The notes under the pieces were generated by a model. The model was not told the origin of the DNA and did no database searches. It saw only the letters and a list, made by a program, of their open reading frames with translations. DNA of 64,000 nt, taken from positions 92,409-156,408 of the forward strand of contig JAQTTU010000008.1 in assembly GCA_028710605.1 (NCBI GenBank), given 5' to 3'. Below, piece by piece: positions 1 to 8,631 of the stretch. Source of the stretch: Sideroxydans sp. Lineage in GTDB: Bacteria > Pseudomonadota > Gammaproteobacteria > Burkholderiales > Gallionellaceae. Each line of letters starts with the position of its first letter. Within the stretch, counting starts at the first letter, position 1. The translations under genes were made by a program, and so were the position numbers.

Positions 1-1
1 G

Positions 2-460
2 TTCAAGGACGAAGTGCGCGAACTGGGTGTGGCGCTGGGTTTACCAGTCGATATGATCTATCGTCATCCTTTCCCCGGCCCAGGTTTGGGTGTGCGCATT
101 CTCGGTGAAGTGAAGCGCGAATATGCCGAGTTGCTGCGCCGCGCCGATGCGATCTTTATCGAAGAACTGCGCAACACCAAAGATGCTGGCGGCAAGAGCT
201 GGTACGACCTCACCAGCCAGGCTTTCACCGTATTTCTGCCGGTGAAAAGCGTCGGCGTGATGGGCGACGGTCGCACTTACGAATGGGTGGTGGCTTTGCG
301 CGCAGTGCAGACGCAGGACTTTATGACCGCGCACTGGGCGCATCTTCCCTACGAACTGCTAGGCAAGGTTTCCAACCGCATCATCAACGAAGTGCGCGGC
401 ATCAACCGTGTGGTGTATGACATTTCGGGCAAACCTCCCGCGACTATCGAGTGGGAATAA
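2..460 (+). CDS. guaA: GMP synthase (glutamine-hydrolysing), C-terminal fragment; 5' end outside window
   Basis: Frame open from the window edge. [41 protein letters not shown] matches the conserved GuaA C-terminus. A hairpin terminator follows. Confidence 0.9.
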   Translation, partial: FKDEVRELGVALGLPVDMIYRHPFPGPGLGVRILGEVKREYAELLRRADAIFIEELRNTKDAGGKSWYDLTSQAFTVFLPVKSVGVMGDGRTYEWVVALRAVQTQDFMTAHWAHLPYELLGKVSNRIINEVRGINRVVYDISGKPPATIEWE

Positions 461-475
461 AGCCGGGCGCGGCAA

Positions 476-511
476 ATAAAAAAAGCGGTGGGCTAACCAC
501 CGCTTTTTTTA
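476..511. terminator. Bidirectional intrinsic terminator between convergent guaA and the lipoprotein gene
   Basis: A-run, stem GCGGTGG (485-491) / CCACCGC (497-503), then T-run 504-510. Confidence 0.7.
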
Positions 512-527
512 TTAAGAAGAAACCGGA

Positions 528-986
528 TCAATGCGAAACGCGGGTTACTCCGGCGCTTTCGATCACGCGCACTTTATCGCCGACGGCGAAGGTTTCTCCG
601 CTGATGGATTTGGCCTGAACCACCGAGATGTGGCTGCCGTCTTCAAGTTTGATGGCGATCTCCAGCGCATCTTCTCGGGTGTAAGCCTCTTCCGTGGCTG
701 CCCCCAGCATACCGCCGACTACGCTGCCGAGAACAGAGGCGATCTCGCCGGTTTTTCCCTGCGATGCACCGCTACCGGCGATACCGCCGACCACCGCACC
801 GGCGGTTGTGCCGATCTGGCTTTGCGTGCCTTCGATGCGCACCGCCCGCACGCTCTCGATCACGCCGACCTTGAAGGTTTGCACCTGGCGCACTTGGTCG
901 CGGGTATAGACATCGGCGGATTTTCCGCTGGCGCAGGCACCCAGCAATACGGCGGCGGACAGAGCAAGAATCAGTTTTGTGTTCAT
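528..986 (-). CDS. Glycine-zipper outer-membrane lipoprotein (SlyB/Pcp-like)
   Basis: Signal peptide with lipobox LLGAC. Gly-zipper stretch GTTAGAVVGGIAGSGASQG..SVVGGMLGAA. Confidence 0.7.
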   Translation of the reverse strand: MNTKLILALSAAVLLGACASGKSADVYTRDQVRQVQTFKVGVIESVRAVRIEGTQSQIGTTAGAVVGGIAGSGASQGKTGEIASVLGSVVGGMLGAATEEAYTREDALEIAIKLEDGSHISVVQAKSISGETFAVGDKVRVIESAGVTRVSH

Positions 987-1041
987 GTGTGGACTCCTTG
1001 AAAAAATTGGCGAAGATTGGATTGCGCGCCAGAGCTTAGGT

Positions 1042-3219
1042 TCAACTTTTTGAATAACCGGGCCGCCATTTTTTGAGCAGCAGCGCGTTGCTGACGACCG
1101 ACAACGAACTCATTGCCATTGCGCCGCCCGCAATAACCGGGTTGAGCAAGCCCATCGCCGCCAGCGGAATGCCCAGCACGTTGTAGGCGAAAGCGAAGAA
1201 CAGATTCTGGCGGATTTTGGCGAGGGTGACTTGAGACAGATCAATGGCATCCGCAACGCTGGAAAGATCGTTGCGCATCAGCGTGATGTCCGCCGCTTCG
1301 ATGGCGATGTCGCTGCCGCTCTTCATGGCAAAGCTGACATCGGCGGAGGCCAGCGCGGGCGCATCGTTGATGCCGTCGCCGACCATGCCGACGATTTGTT
1401 CTGCGGCTTTGTACGAGTTGACATGGTGCGCCTTGTCTTGCGGCAACACTTCGGCGCGGTACTCGTCGATTCCGGCCTGCTGCGCGATGGCGTGCGCCGT
1501 GGCTTCGTTGTCGCCGCTCAACATCACCACGCGTATGCCCATGGCGCGCAAGCGTGCCACGGCGGCGATGCTGGTAGCCCGCAACTGGTCGGCAAATGCG
1601 ATGTAACCCAGCATGCTGTTATTGCGCGCCACTGCGATGACGCTTTTGCCTTGTTGTTGCAGAGCCAGTATTGACGGCGCTTCCGACGCGATGCCTTGTT
1701 CGGACAGAAAGGCGGGCGAACCCATCACGTAAGATTCGCCATCCAGTGTGGCGCGCAGCCCCTTGCCCGGTGTCTCGACGAAATCGCCGACGGGCAGCGG
1801 TGCAACAGAGTGTTCCCCGGCGTATTGCAGCAACGCGGCAGACAGCGGGTGAGTGGAATGTTGCCCCAGACTGGCCGCGACGCGCAGCAACTCGCCCTCA
1901 TCACTGCCCGCATTCGGGCGCAATTCGGTGACTGTCGGTTTGCCTTCGGTCAGCGTGCCGGTCTTGTCCAGTACCAGCACCGACAATTTGTGCGCGCGTT
2001 CCAGCGATGCCGCATCTTTGACCAGAATGCCGTTGCGTGCCGCCAAGCCGCTGGCGACCACGATGGTGATCGGCGTGGCCAGACCCAGCGCGCAAGGGCA
2101 GGCGATGACCAGCACCGACACGGCGTTGATGAGCGCGTAAGAAAATTCACCTTCCACTTTCAGCCAATAGAAAAAAGTCAGCGTGGCCAGCACCAACACC
2201 ACGGGTACAAACACGCCGGAGATTTTGTCCGCCAGTTTCTGGATGGCGGCTTTCGAGCCTTGCGCCTGTTCGACCATACGGATCACCGCCGCCAACTGGG
2301 TGCGGCTGCCCACCGCGATGGCGCGGCACTTGATGACACCATGCTGATTCATGGTGGCGGCATACACCTTGTCGTTTGTTTCTTTTATTTGCGGCATGCT
2401 TTCGCCGGTCAGCATGCTTTCGTCCAGCGTGGATGAACCTTCCAGCACCACGCCGTCCACCGGCACGCTTTCGCCGGGACGCACCACGAAAATATCGTCC
2501 GGGCGAAACTGCCCGACCGGCACGTCGATCACCGCGCCGTCGCGCTCCACATGGGCGATCTTCGGTTGCAGATTGAACAGCGCTTCCAGTGCAGACGTAG
2601 CCTTGTTCTTGGCATTCGCTTCCAGCAGTTTGCCGAGCAACACCAGCGTGATCAGCGTCGCGCCCGCTTCAAAATATACCGGCTGATGCAGGCCGAGCAG
2701 CACGATGGCGCAACTCAGGAAATAGGCGGCACTGGTTCCCAGCGCCACCAGCAAATCCATGTTGCCGCTGCCGTGCTTGATGCTGCCCCAAGCGCCGCGA
2801 TAGAAGCGCGCCCCCGCCCAGAACTGCACCGGCGTGGCCAGCAGCCATTGCAGCCAGGTGGGCAGCGGCAGGTGGATGTCGAGCATCATCAATGCCATCT
2901 TCAGCAGCAGCGGCGAGATGAGCGCCAGCGAAACATAAAACACCATTTTTTCTTTGTGGAACTGCCGGGCTCTATCCAGTTTCTCCGCCGCGAAATCGCG
3001 CGCCAGATGGGCATCGAAGCCGGTGTCCTGCACCGCCTTGATGAGTTCATCAACATTGGTCTGGGAGGAGTTGAAAGTGATGCTGGCTTTTTCGGTGGCG
3101 AGATTGACCACCGCGTTGACATTGTTTAACTGGTTCAGGGTTTTTTCGAGGCGCGAGGAGCATGAGGCGCAGCGCATACCGACGATTTGAAGTTCGCAGT
3201 GATTTTCAGCGTTTGACAT
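1042..3219 (-). CDS. copA: Copper-translocating P1B-type ATPase
   Basis: N-terminal GMRCASCSS metal-binding domain, CPC motif (ACPCALGLATP), DKTGTLT phosphorylation site, GDGINDAP hinge. Confidence 0.93.
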   Translation of the reverse strand: MSNAENHCELQIVGMRCASCSSRLEKTLNQLNNVNAVVNLATEKASITFNSSQTNVDELIKAVQDTGFDAHLARDFAAEKLDRARQFHKEKMVFYVSLALISPLLLKMALMMLDIHLPLPTWLQWLLATPVQFWAGARFYRGAWGSIKHGSGNMDLLVALGTSAAYFLSCAIVLLGLHQPVYFEAGATLITLVLLGKLLEANAKNKATSALEALFNLQPKIAHVERDGAVIDVPVGQFRPDDIFVVRPGESVPVDGVVLEGSSTLDESMLTGESMPQIKETNDKVYAATMNQHGVIKCRAIAVGSRTQLAAVIRMVEQAQGSKAAIQKLADKISGVFVPVVLVLATLTFFYWLKVEGEFSYALINAVSVLVIACPCALGLATPITIVVASGLAARNGILVKDAASLERAHKLSVLVLDKTGTLTEGKPTVTELRPNAGSDEGELLRVAASLGQHSTHPLSAALLQYAGEHSVAPLPVGDFVETPGKGLRATLDGESYVMGSPAFLSEQGIASEAPSILALQQQGKSVIAVARNNSMLGYIAFADQLRATSIAAVARLRAMGIRVVMLSGDNEATAHAIAQQAGIDEYRAEVLPQDKAHHVNSYKAAEQIVGMVGDGINDAPALASADVSFAMKSGSDIAIEAADITLMRNDLSSVADAIDLSQVTLAKIRQNLFFAFAYNVLGIPLAAMGLLNPVIAGGAMAMSSLSVVSNALLLKKWRPGYSKS

Positions 3220-3246
3220 GAATGGATGATTCGGGAAATGAACGTT

Positions 3247-3286
3247 TTAAAAGATACGCCCGATAGACAGGCTTGTCTATCGGGCG
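3247..3286 (-). terminator. Perfect 13-bp-arm palindrome between the DUF2892 gene and copA; terminator or operator
   Basis: CGCCCGATAGACA (3257-3269) GGCT TGTCTATCGGGCG (3274-3286). On the minus strand it is followed by TATCTTTT. Confidence 0.45.
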
Positions 3287-3312
3287 CGGGTAACGCGAAT
3301 GAATGCTAATGC

Positions 3313-3507
3313 TTATTTCTTTTCCGTCGAGCAAGTGTTCATGCCGAGCAAGGTATAGGCCGGGCAAAAACCGAAAATGCCGGTGAGCAAAGGCACCACG
3401 CCGATCCAACCCCACACGCCGACTGTTCCGGTCAGCGTCAAACCGATCAACGCCAGGCCAACCACGATACGCAGACCACGATCAATACCGCCTTCATTGC
3501 ATTTCAT
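3313..3507 (-). CDS. Small YgaP-like/DUF2892 inner-membrane protein
   Basis: 64 aa with two hydrophobic helices. GIDRGLRIVVGLALI..FGFCPAY is typical of DUF2892. Confidence 0.6.
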   Translation of the reverse strand: MKCNEGGIDRGLRIVVGLALIGLTLTGTVGVWGWIGVVPLLTGIFGFCPAYTLLGMNTCSTEKK

Positions 3508-3656
3508 TTCAATCTCCGATAATGAGTTTTGGGGCTTTCATGATACGGAATTTGCGGCTAGTGTCTGTGATAAAACGCACACAGGCGCATTATCGGCCTT
3601 GAGCGGAGCGGGGTTTCCTGTTTCAATCCGCGCACTGAACGTTTACGGGGAAGCGC

Positions 3657-4529
3657 ATGGGACAGGCAAGCATAGGCATCATAGGCGGCAGCGGCGTATA
3701 TGACATCGACGGGCTGGAAAACAAACGCTGGAAAAAAATCGAATCTTCTTTCGGCGAACCGTCGGACGAATTGCTGTTCGGCGAACTGGATGGCGTGAAG
3801 CTGGTCTTTTTGCCGCGCCACGGAAGAGGGCACAAAATCCCGCCGTCCGAGATCAACTTCCGCGCCAACATCGACGTGCTCAAGCGCGTCGGCGTGACCG
3901 ATGTCATTTCGGTCAGCGCGGTCGGCTCGTTGCGCGAAGATCTTCCGCCCGGCACGTTCGTCATCGTCGATCAATTCATTGACCGCACCTTCGCCCGCAA
4001 CAAATCGTTCTTCGGCAGCGGACTGGTGGCGCACGTGTCGATGGCGCATCCGGTGTGCAGCCGTCTGGGCGACCACATCGAAGCGGCGGTGAAGGAGGCG
4101 GGCATCAACGCCGTGCGCGGCGGCACGTATCTGGTGATGGAAGGCGCGCAGTTTTCCACGCTGGCCGAATCGAACGTGTATCGCAGCTGGGGCTGCGACG
4201 TGATCGGCATGACCAACATGCCCGAAGCCAAACTCGCGCGCGAAGCCGAGCTGTGTTACGCCACCGTGGCCATGGTCACCGACTTCGACTGCTGGCATCC
4301 CGACCACGCGCATGTGACCGTGGACCAGATCATCAAAGTGTTGCTGGCCAATGCCGACAAGGCCAAAACGCTGGTGAAACATGCCGTGCCGCGCTTGGGC
4401 GGCGATGTGGCCGCGCACGAATGCGGCTGCCGCAGTTCGCTGCAATACGCCCTCATCACCTCGCCCGAAGCGCGCGACGAAGAAATGAAAAAGAAACTGC
4501 AAGCGATAGCGGGGCGGATGCTTTTGTAG
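3657..4529 (+). CDS. mtnP: S-methyl-5'-thioadenosine phosphorylase
   Basis: IGIIGGSGVYD, FLPRHGRGH and GMTNMPEAKLAREAE are PNP/MTAP family signatures. Confidence 0.9.
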   Translation: MGQASIGIIGGSGVYDIDGLENKRWKKIESSFGEPSDELLFGELDGVKLVFLPRHGRGHKIPPSEINFRANIDVLKRVGVTDVISVSAVGSLREDLPPGTFVIVDQFIDRTFARNKSFFGSGLVAHVSMAHPVCSRLGDHIEAAVKEAGINAVRGGTYLVMEGAQFSTLAESNVYRSWGCDVIGMTNMPEAKLAREAELCYATVAMVTDFDCWHPDHAHVTVDQIIKVLLANADKAKTLVKHAVPRLGGDVAAHECGCRSSLQYALITSPEARDEEMKKKLQAIAGRMLL

Positions 4530-4580
4530 GAGCGAGCTTGCTCGCGAAAAGGCTTCGCGAGCAAGCTCGCTCCTACAAAA
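4522..4580. repeat. REP doublet (TGTAGG-hairpin family), inverted pair
   Basis: TTTTGTAGGAGCGAGCTTGCTCGCGAA AAGGC TTCGCGAGCAAGCTCGCTCCTACAAAA. Each arm is itself a hairpin. Confidence 0.8.
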
Positions 4581-4604
4581 CCGACTTTGAATGAAAGTTG
4601 AAGA

Positions 4605-5243
4605 ATGACTGAAAAAATTTTGCGCCAACAACTGTTCGACACCTCGCGCCGCCTGGTCGAACTCGGCCTCAATCGCGGCTCTTCCGGCAACGCCTCGGTG
4701 CGCTACGGCGACGGCATGCTTATCACCCCATCTGCCTTGCCCGTGTCCGACATGACCACAGAAAGCATGGTGCGCATGGACTTGAACGGCAACGTGCTGC
4801 AAGGCGGCAAGCCTTCCAGCGAATGGCGCTTTCACCGCGACATCTTTGCCGCGCGTCCCGAGATCGACGCGATCATTCACACCCATTCCATCTACGCCAC
4901 CACCATCGCCTGTTTGCGCAAAGACGTGCCGCCGGTGCATTACCACATCGCGATCACGGGCGGCGACACCATTCGCTGCACACCGTACTCCGTGTTCGGC
5001 GAGCAGATACTTTCCGACCATGCGTTGGAAGCGCTGCGCGAACGCAAAGCCTGTCTGCTGGGCAACCACGGCATGATCGCGCTGGGCACGGACTTGGCCG
5101 ATGCACTGGCCGTCGCGGTGGAAGTCGAATTCGTGTGCGAAATCTACTGGCGCACGCTGCAAGCTGGCGAGCCGCAGATACTGACACCGCAACAGATGCA
5201 CGAAGTGAAACAGAAGTTTGTCGAGTACAAGAAGAAAAGCTAA
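4605..5243 (+). CDS. Class II aldolase, FucA-like; candidate 5-(methylthio)ribulose-1-phosphate aldolase (Ald2-type) rather than MtnB dehydratase
   Basis: Near-collinear with my recollection of E. coli FucA: LGLNRGSSGNASVRYGDGMLITP, PSSEWRFH, HTHS, HYHIA, LGNHGMIALG. It sits between mtnP and apt/mtnA. Confidence 0.75.
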   Translation: MTEKILRQQLFDTSRRLVELGLNRGSSGNASVRYGDGMLITPSALPVSDMTTESMVRMDLNGNVLQGGKPSSEWRFHRDIFAARPEIDAIIHTHSIYATTIACLRKDVPPVHYHIAITGGDTIRCTPYSVFGEQILSDHALEALRERKACLLGNHGMIALGTDLADALAVAVEVEFVCEIYWRTLQAGEPQILTPQQMHEVKQKFVEYKKKS

Positions 5244-5255
5244 CCTCAAAACCTT

Positions 5256-5327
5256 CCCCGCAGATTACGCAGATTAAATAGATTAAAAGCAAAAATAATC
5301 TGCGTGAATCTGTGTAATCTGCGGGCA
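5256..5327. repeat. 9-mer-armed hairpin element (CGCAGATTA family)
   Basis: Left arm CCCGCAGATTACGCAGATTAAATAGATT, right arm AATCTGCGTGAATCTGTGTAATCTGCGGGC. It starts 13 nt after the aldolase stop. Confidence 0.8.
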
Positions 5328-5358
5328 ATAGTTTTTGAATTTAATTTAGGAAACCGCC

Positions 5359-5886
5359 ATGCCCATCAAATCAAAAATCCGCACCGTCCCCCATTACCCC
5401 AAACAAGGCATCCAGTTCCGCGACATTACCACCTTGCTCAAAGACCCGGTCGGTCTGCGCATCACCGTGGATGAACTGGTGCGCCGCTATGCCGACGTGA
5501 AGATCGACAAGATCGCGGGCATCGAATCGCGCGGCTTCATCATCGGCGCACCGCTGGCTTACGCGCTGGGCAAAGGCTTCGTGCCCATCCGCAAAAAAGG
5601 CAAACTGCCCGCCGAAACCATAGGCCACGACTACGAACTCGAATACGGCACCGACCGCATCGAAATCCACACCGATGCCATCGAGAAAGGCGAAAAAGTA
5701 TTGCTGGTGGACGACCTCATCGCCACCGGCGGCACAGCCCAAGCCGCCTGCTCCCTGATCGAAAAAATGGGCGGCCACATCGTCGAATGCTGCTTCATCA
5801 TCGACCTGCCCGACATCGGCGGACGCGCACGGCTGGAGAAGCACGGGCAGAAGGTGTTTGCGTTGTGTGAGTTTGAGGGGGATTAG
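5359..5886 (+). CDS. apt: Adenine phosphoribosyltransferase
   Basis: 175 aa. PRPP-binding loop [14 protein letters not shown] and typical Apt N-terminus ([18 protein letters not shown]). Confidence 0.92.
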   Translation: MPIKSKIRTVPHYPKQGIQFRDITTLLKDPVGLRITVDELVRRYADVKIDKIAGIESRGFIIGAPLAYALGKGFVPIRKKGKLPAETIGHDYELEYGTDRIEIHTDAIEKGEKVLLVDDLIATGGTAQAACSLIEKMGGHIVECCFIIDLPDIGGRARLEKHGQKVFALCEFEGD

Positions 5887-5941
5887 CCTGTACTAACGAT
5901 GCAAGACGGCGCAGTGGTGATTCAGTTCAAGGAGAAATGAA

Positions 5942-6250
5942 ATGAGCAAATTTTGTTTGCAGTGCGATGACGGCACAAAACTGAAGTTGCAAACCAAAGA
6001 TGTCACCGTCGAAGCGCGCGGTGAATCGTGCGTTGTGCCCAAAGTCACCGGCTGGCATTGCCCCGTGTGCGGTGATATTGAATACACCGACAACGACAGC
6101 GCGGATCGCGTATGGAAGGCCATCGAAGCCATGGGCGAAAAAGCCAAAGCGCGCGATGCCGCGCTATTGGCTTATGCCTGAAAACGTTTGAAGCTGACGC
6201 AATAGCAAGCTGCCAATGACAGGGGATTTCAATTGAAGAGGGATAAGTGA
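5942..6250 (+). pseudogene. Decayed MqsA/YgiT-type antitoxin: intact zinc ribbon, HTH part broken by in-frame stops and deletion
   Basis: CLQC..CPVC zinc ribbon in 5942-6181. Reading on in the same frame gives *KRLKLTQ*QAANDRGFQ, which resembles the MqsA HTH start (KKLSLTQKEAAEIFGGG as I recall it). No MqsR-like ORF is adjacent. Confidence 0.6.
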
Positions 6251-6582
6251 TGCTAGATGCGAATCAGTCGGTAAGTGTTTTTCTGAAATCTTTACCCCGT
6301 TCAATTGATGGTGCAATGGCAATGTACCTATCTGTTTTCTCAATTGCGCTGATTTTATTGCATGGCATTATTTTGCTAACAGGATTCACCCCATCCCTAG
6401 AAATGTTGCAGTGGAATACGTTATGGGATGTTCTACTGATTTCAGTTCCATTTATGTGTCTTGCAAGTTATGCCTGGCTAAACATGGCAAATGATTATGG
6501 ACGACTAGGGCAGCTAGTGAATGCGATCCTTTTATCAATATTCCCTGGCGGAATAATTCTCAAATCCCTACATATTTTTTAA
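6250..6582 (+). CDS. Hypothetical small membrane protein (3 predicted TM helices), low-GC
   Basis: The ORF is visibly more AT-rich than its flanks, with hydrophobic segments. I recognise no family. Confidence 0.4.
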   Translation: MLDANQSVSVFLKSLPRSIDGAMAMYLSVFSIALILLHGIILLTGFTPSLEMLQWNTLWDVLLISVPFMCLASYAWLNMANDYGRLGQLVNAILLSIFPGGIILKSLHIF

Positions 6583-6595
6583 AAGGTGGTCGTAA

Positions 6596-7636
6596 ATGAA
6601 AGTCGAAACCCTACGCTGGTTCAACAACAGGCTGGAGATGATAGACCAGCGCATCCTGCCTGCCGCTTTTGAATATCTGAGTTACTACACGGCCTCTTCT
6701 GTAGCCGAGGGCATACGCAGCATGGTGGTGCGCGGCGCGCCTGCCATTGGCGTGGCGGCGGCGTATGGGGTGGCGCTGGAGGCGCTGCATTTGCAGGAGA
6801 AATCTGCGGACGAGTTCAAGACTGGCATGGAGACCGGCTTTACGGTGCTGGCAGCCAGCCGTCCGACGGCGGTGAATCTGTTCTGGGCGTTGCAGCGCAT
6901 GCGCAAGGTTTGGGAAAGTGTGGCGATGCAAACGCCGCAGCAGATCGCGCAGCGTTTGCTGGCCGAGGCGCATGAGATTTTGGCGGAGGACATTCGCATC
7001 AACCGTGCGATGGGGACGTATGGCGCGGCGTTGCTGAAGGACGGGGCGCGGGTGTTGACGCATTGCAATGCGGGGGCGCTGGCGACGGCGGGTTGGGGTA
7101 CGGCGTTGGGGGTGTTCCGTTCGGCGGTGGAGGCGGGCAAGAAGATTTCGGTGATCGCCGACGAGACGCGGCCTTTCCTGCAAGGCGCGCGGCTGACGGC
7201 GTGGGAGATGGTGCAGGAGAATATTCCGGTGACGCTGATTACCGACAATATGGCCGGTTACATGATGGCGCAGGGCGAGGTGGATGCGGTGGTGGTGGGC
7301 ACGGATCGCGTGGCGGCCAACGGCGATGTGGCGAACAAGATCGGCACTTACATGGTGGCGGTGCTGGCGCGGCGGCACAATATTCCGTTCTATGTGGCGT
7401 GCCCGCTTTCCACCATCGACATGAACATCGCCAGCGGAGCGGACATTCCCATCGAGGAGCGCTCGGTGGATGAGGTGAAAGGCTTCCGCGATTATCACTG
7501 GGCGGCGGAGGGCGTGAAGATTCGCAATCCGGCGTTTGATGTGACTCCGGCGGAGTTGGTGTCGGGGCTGATTACCGAACGCGGCGTGGTGTTGCTGCCG
7601 GATGCGCAAAGCATTCGACAGTTGATGTTGGGGTGA
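6596..7636 (+). CDS. mtnA: Methylthioribose-1-phosphate isomerase (eIF-2B alpha/beta/delta family)
   Basis: 346 aa. VVRGAPAIGVAAAYG, HCNAGALAT and GTDRVAANGDVANKIGTY are MtnA signatures. Confidence 0.9.
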   Translation: MKVETLRWFNNRLEMIDQRILPAAFEYLSYYTASSVAEGIRSMVVRGAPAIGVAAAYGVALEALHLQEKSADEFKTGMETGFTVLAASRPTAVNLFWALQRMRKVWESVAMQTPQQIAQRLLAEAHEILAEDIRINRAMGTYGAALLKDGARVLTHCNAGALATAGWGTALGVFRSAVEAGKKISVIADETRPFLQGARLTAWEMVQENIPVTLITDNMAGYMMAQGEVDAVVVGTDRVAANGDVANKIGTYMVAVLARRHNIPFYVACPLSTIDMNIASGADIPIEERSVDEVKGFRDYHWAAEGVKIRNPAFDVTPAELVSGLITERGVVLLPDAQSIRQLMLG

Positions 7637-7657
7637 TGAGCGAAGGATTTTAAGATT

Positions 7658-7919
7658 CGTCATTCCGGCGAAGGCCGGAATCCAGTGGTTTTATTCAACA
7701 TGCCTTTAGTCACTTACCGGTCAAAACATGATGTGATTTTTTCACGCGGAGACGCGGAGGGCGCGGAGAACATAGGATTCCAGCTTGCTTTGTTTTTCTC
7801 TGCGTCTCCGCGCCTCCGCGTGAAACCTTGTTTGGTTCATGCTTGTCCGGCTTAGGGGTTGTCCCTGCTACGTAAGGGATTCTTATTTAACTGGATTCCG
7901 GCCTGCGCCGGAATGACGG
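7658..7919. mobile_element. Nested palindromic (MITE-like) composite element
   Basis: Outer inverted hairpins CGTCATTCCGGCGAAGGCCGGAATCCAG (7658-7685) and CTGGATTCCGGCCTGCGCCGGAATGACGG (7891-7919) enclose an inner 9-mer-armed hairpin, TCACGCGGAGACGCGGAGGGCGCGGAGAA (7742-7770) / TTCTCTGCGTCTCCGCGCCTCCGCGTGA (7796-7823). Confidence 0.65.
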
Positions 7920-7963
7920 ATGTTTTGATCTTCTTGGTGGGATGCACCTTGCCCGCAAGCCCC

Positions 7964-8022
7964 TAAATACGGCCATCTCCATCAATCGCATTGCGTAGAA
8001 CGCCTATTGACGGGCGTTGCGG
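7964..8022 (+). repeat. GTAG-65 dispersed repeat, copy 1
   Basis: TAAATACGGCCATCTCCATCAATCGCATTGCGTAGAACGCCTATTGACGGGCGTTGCGG. It shares the core GTAGAnnGCCTATTGACGGGC with six other copies. Confidence 0.85.
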
Positions 8023-8106
8023 GGAAGGTGGCCTTTAAGCTTTTCGTTTGAGCGCCGCTGCAAGTCACAATCCACGGCAAATGGGCGCTTCAAGGTTAAA
8101 TACCTG

Positions 8107-8135
8107 TTTCCATGAGTGCATCCTTTTGGTACAAT
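8107..8135 (+). promoter_or_regulatory. Candidate sigma70 promoter of the rimP-nusA-infB operon
   Basis: TTTCCA, 17 nt, TACAAT, with an extended -10 TGG. A short hairpin plus T6 (8149-8172) follows before the rimP ATG. Confidence 0.4.
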
Positions 8136-8188
8136 CCGCGCCGTTTTCAGATGGGCTTCGAGCCCGTTTTTTATTTGTGGGTACGAAT

Positions 8189-8614
8189 ATGGATGTGACT
8201 AAGCTGGTAGAAACGACGCTGGCCGGTATGGGTTACGAGCTGGTTGATCTGGAGTTGTCCGGTCGCGGGTTGATGCGCGTGTTCATGGACAAGCCGGAAG
8301 GTATTGCGGTGGAAGACTGCGAGCGGGTGAGCAACCAGTTGGTGCGCTTGTTCACGGTGGAGGGGGTGGAGTACGAGCGCCTCGAAGTGTCTTCGCCGGG
8401 GCTGGATCGCGTGCTGAAGAAGGAAGCCGATTTCGTGCGTTTTGCCGGGCAGAAAGCGCAGATCAAATTGCGCATGCCGATGGCGGCGCGCAAAAATTTC
8501 GTCGGCATCATCGGCGAACTGAAAGATGGGATATTGCAGTTGGATGTGGATGGCAGCTTGGTTGCAATCGAGCTGTCCAATATAGACAAGGCACGCCTAG
8601 TGCCTGTTTTCTGA
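8189..8614 (+). CDS. rimP: Ribosome maturation factor RimP
   Basis: [22 protein letters not shown].. is a typical RimP N-terminus. It lies upstream of nusA. The longer ORF start at 8048 is rejected because it has no homology and runs through the promoter. Confidence 0.88.
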   Translation: MDVTKLVETTLAGMGYELVDLELSGRGLMRVFMDKPEGIAVEDCERVSNQLVRLFTVEGVEYERLEVSSPGLDRVLKKEADFVRFAGQKAQIKLRMPMAARKNFVGIIGELKDGILQLDVDGSLVAIELSNIDKARLVPVF

Positions 8615-8631
8615 AGCGGTCGGAGAAAGCT

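Noticed and set aside
3508-3656. A possible SAM/MTA-responsive riboswitch in the 150-nt spacer upstream of mtnP.
   Set aside because: I could not recognise any known SAM-family riboswitch core or a convincing terminator/anti-terminator pair by eye. A covariance-model scan would be needed.
5256-5327. The tandem short repeats (CGCAGATTA x3 and relatives) considered as a possible CRISPR array.
   Set aside because: The units are 9 nt with no spacers. They are arranged as inverted arms of a hairpin, there are only three per arm, and no cas genes are present.
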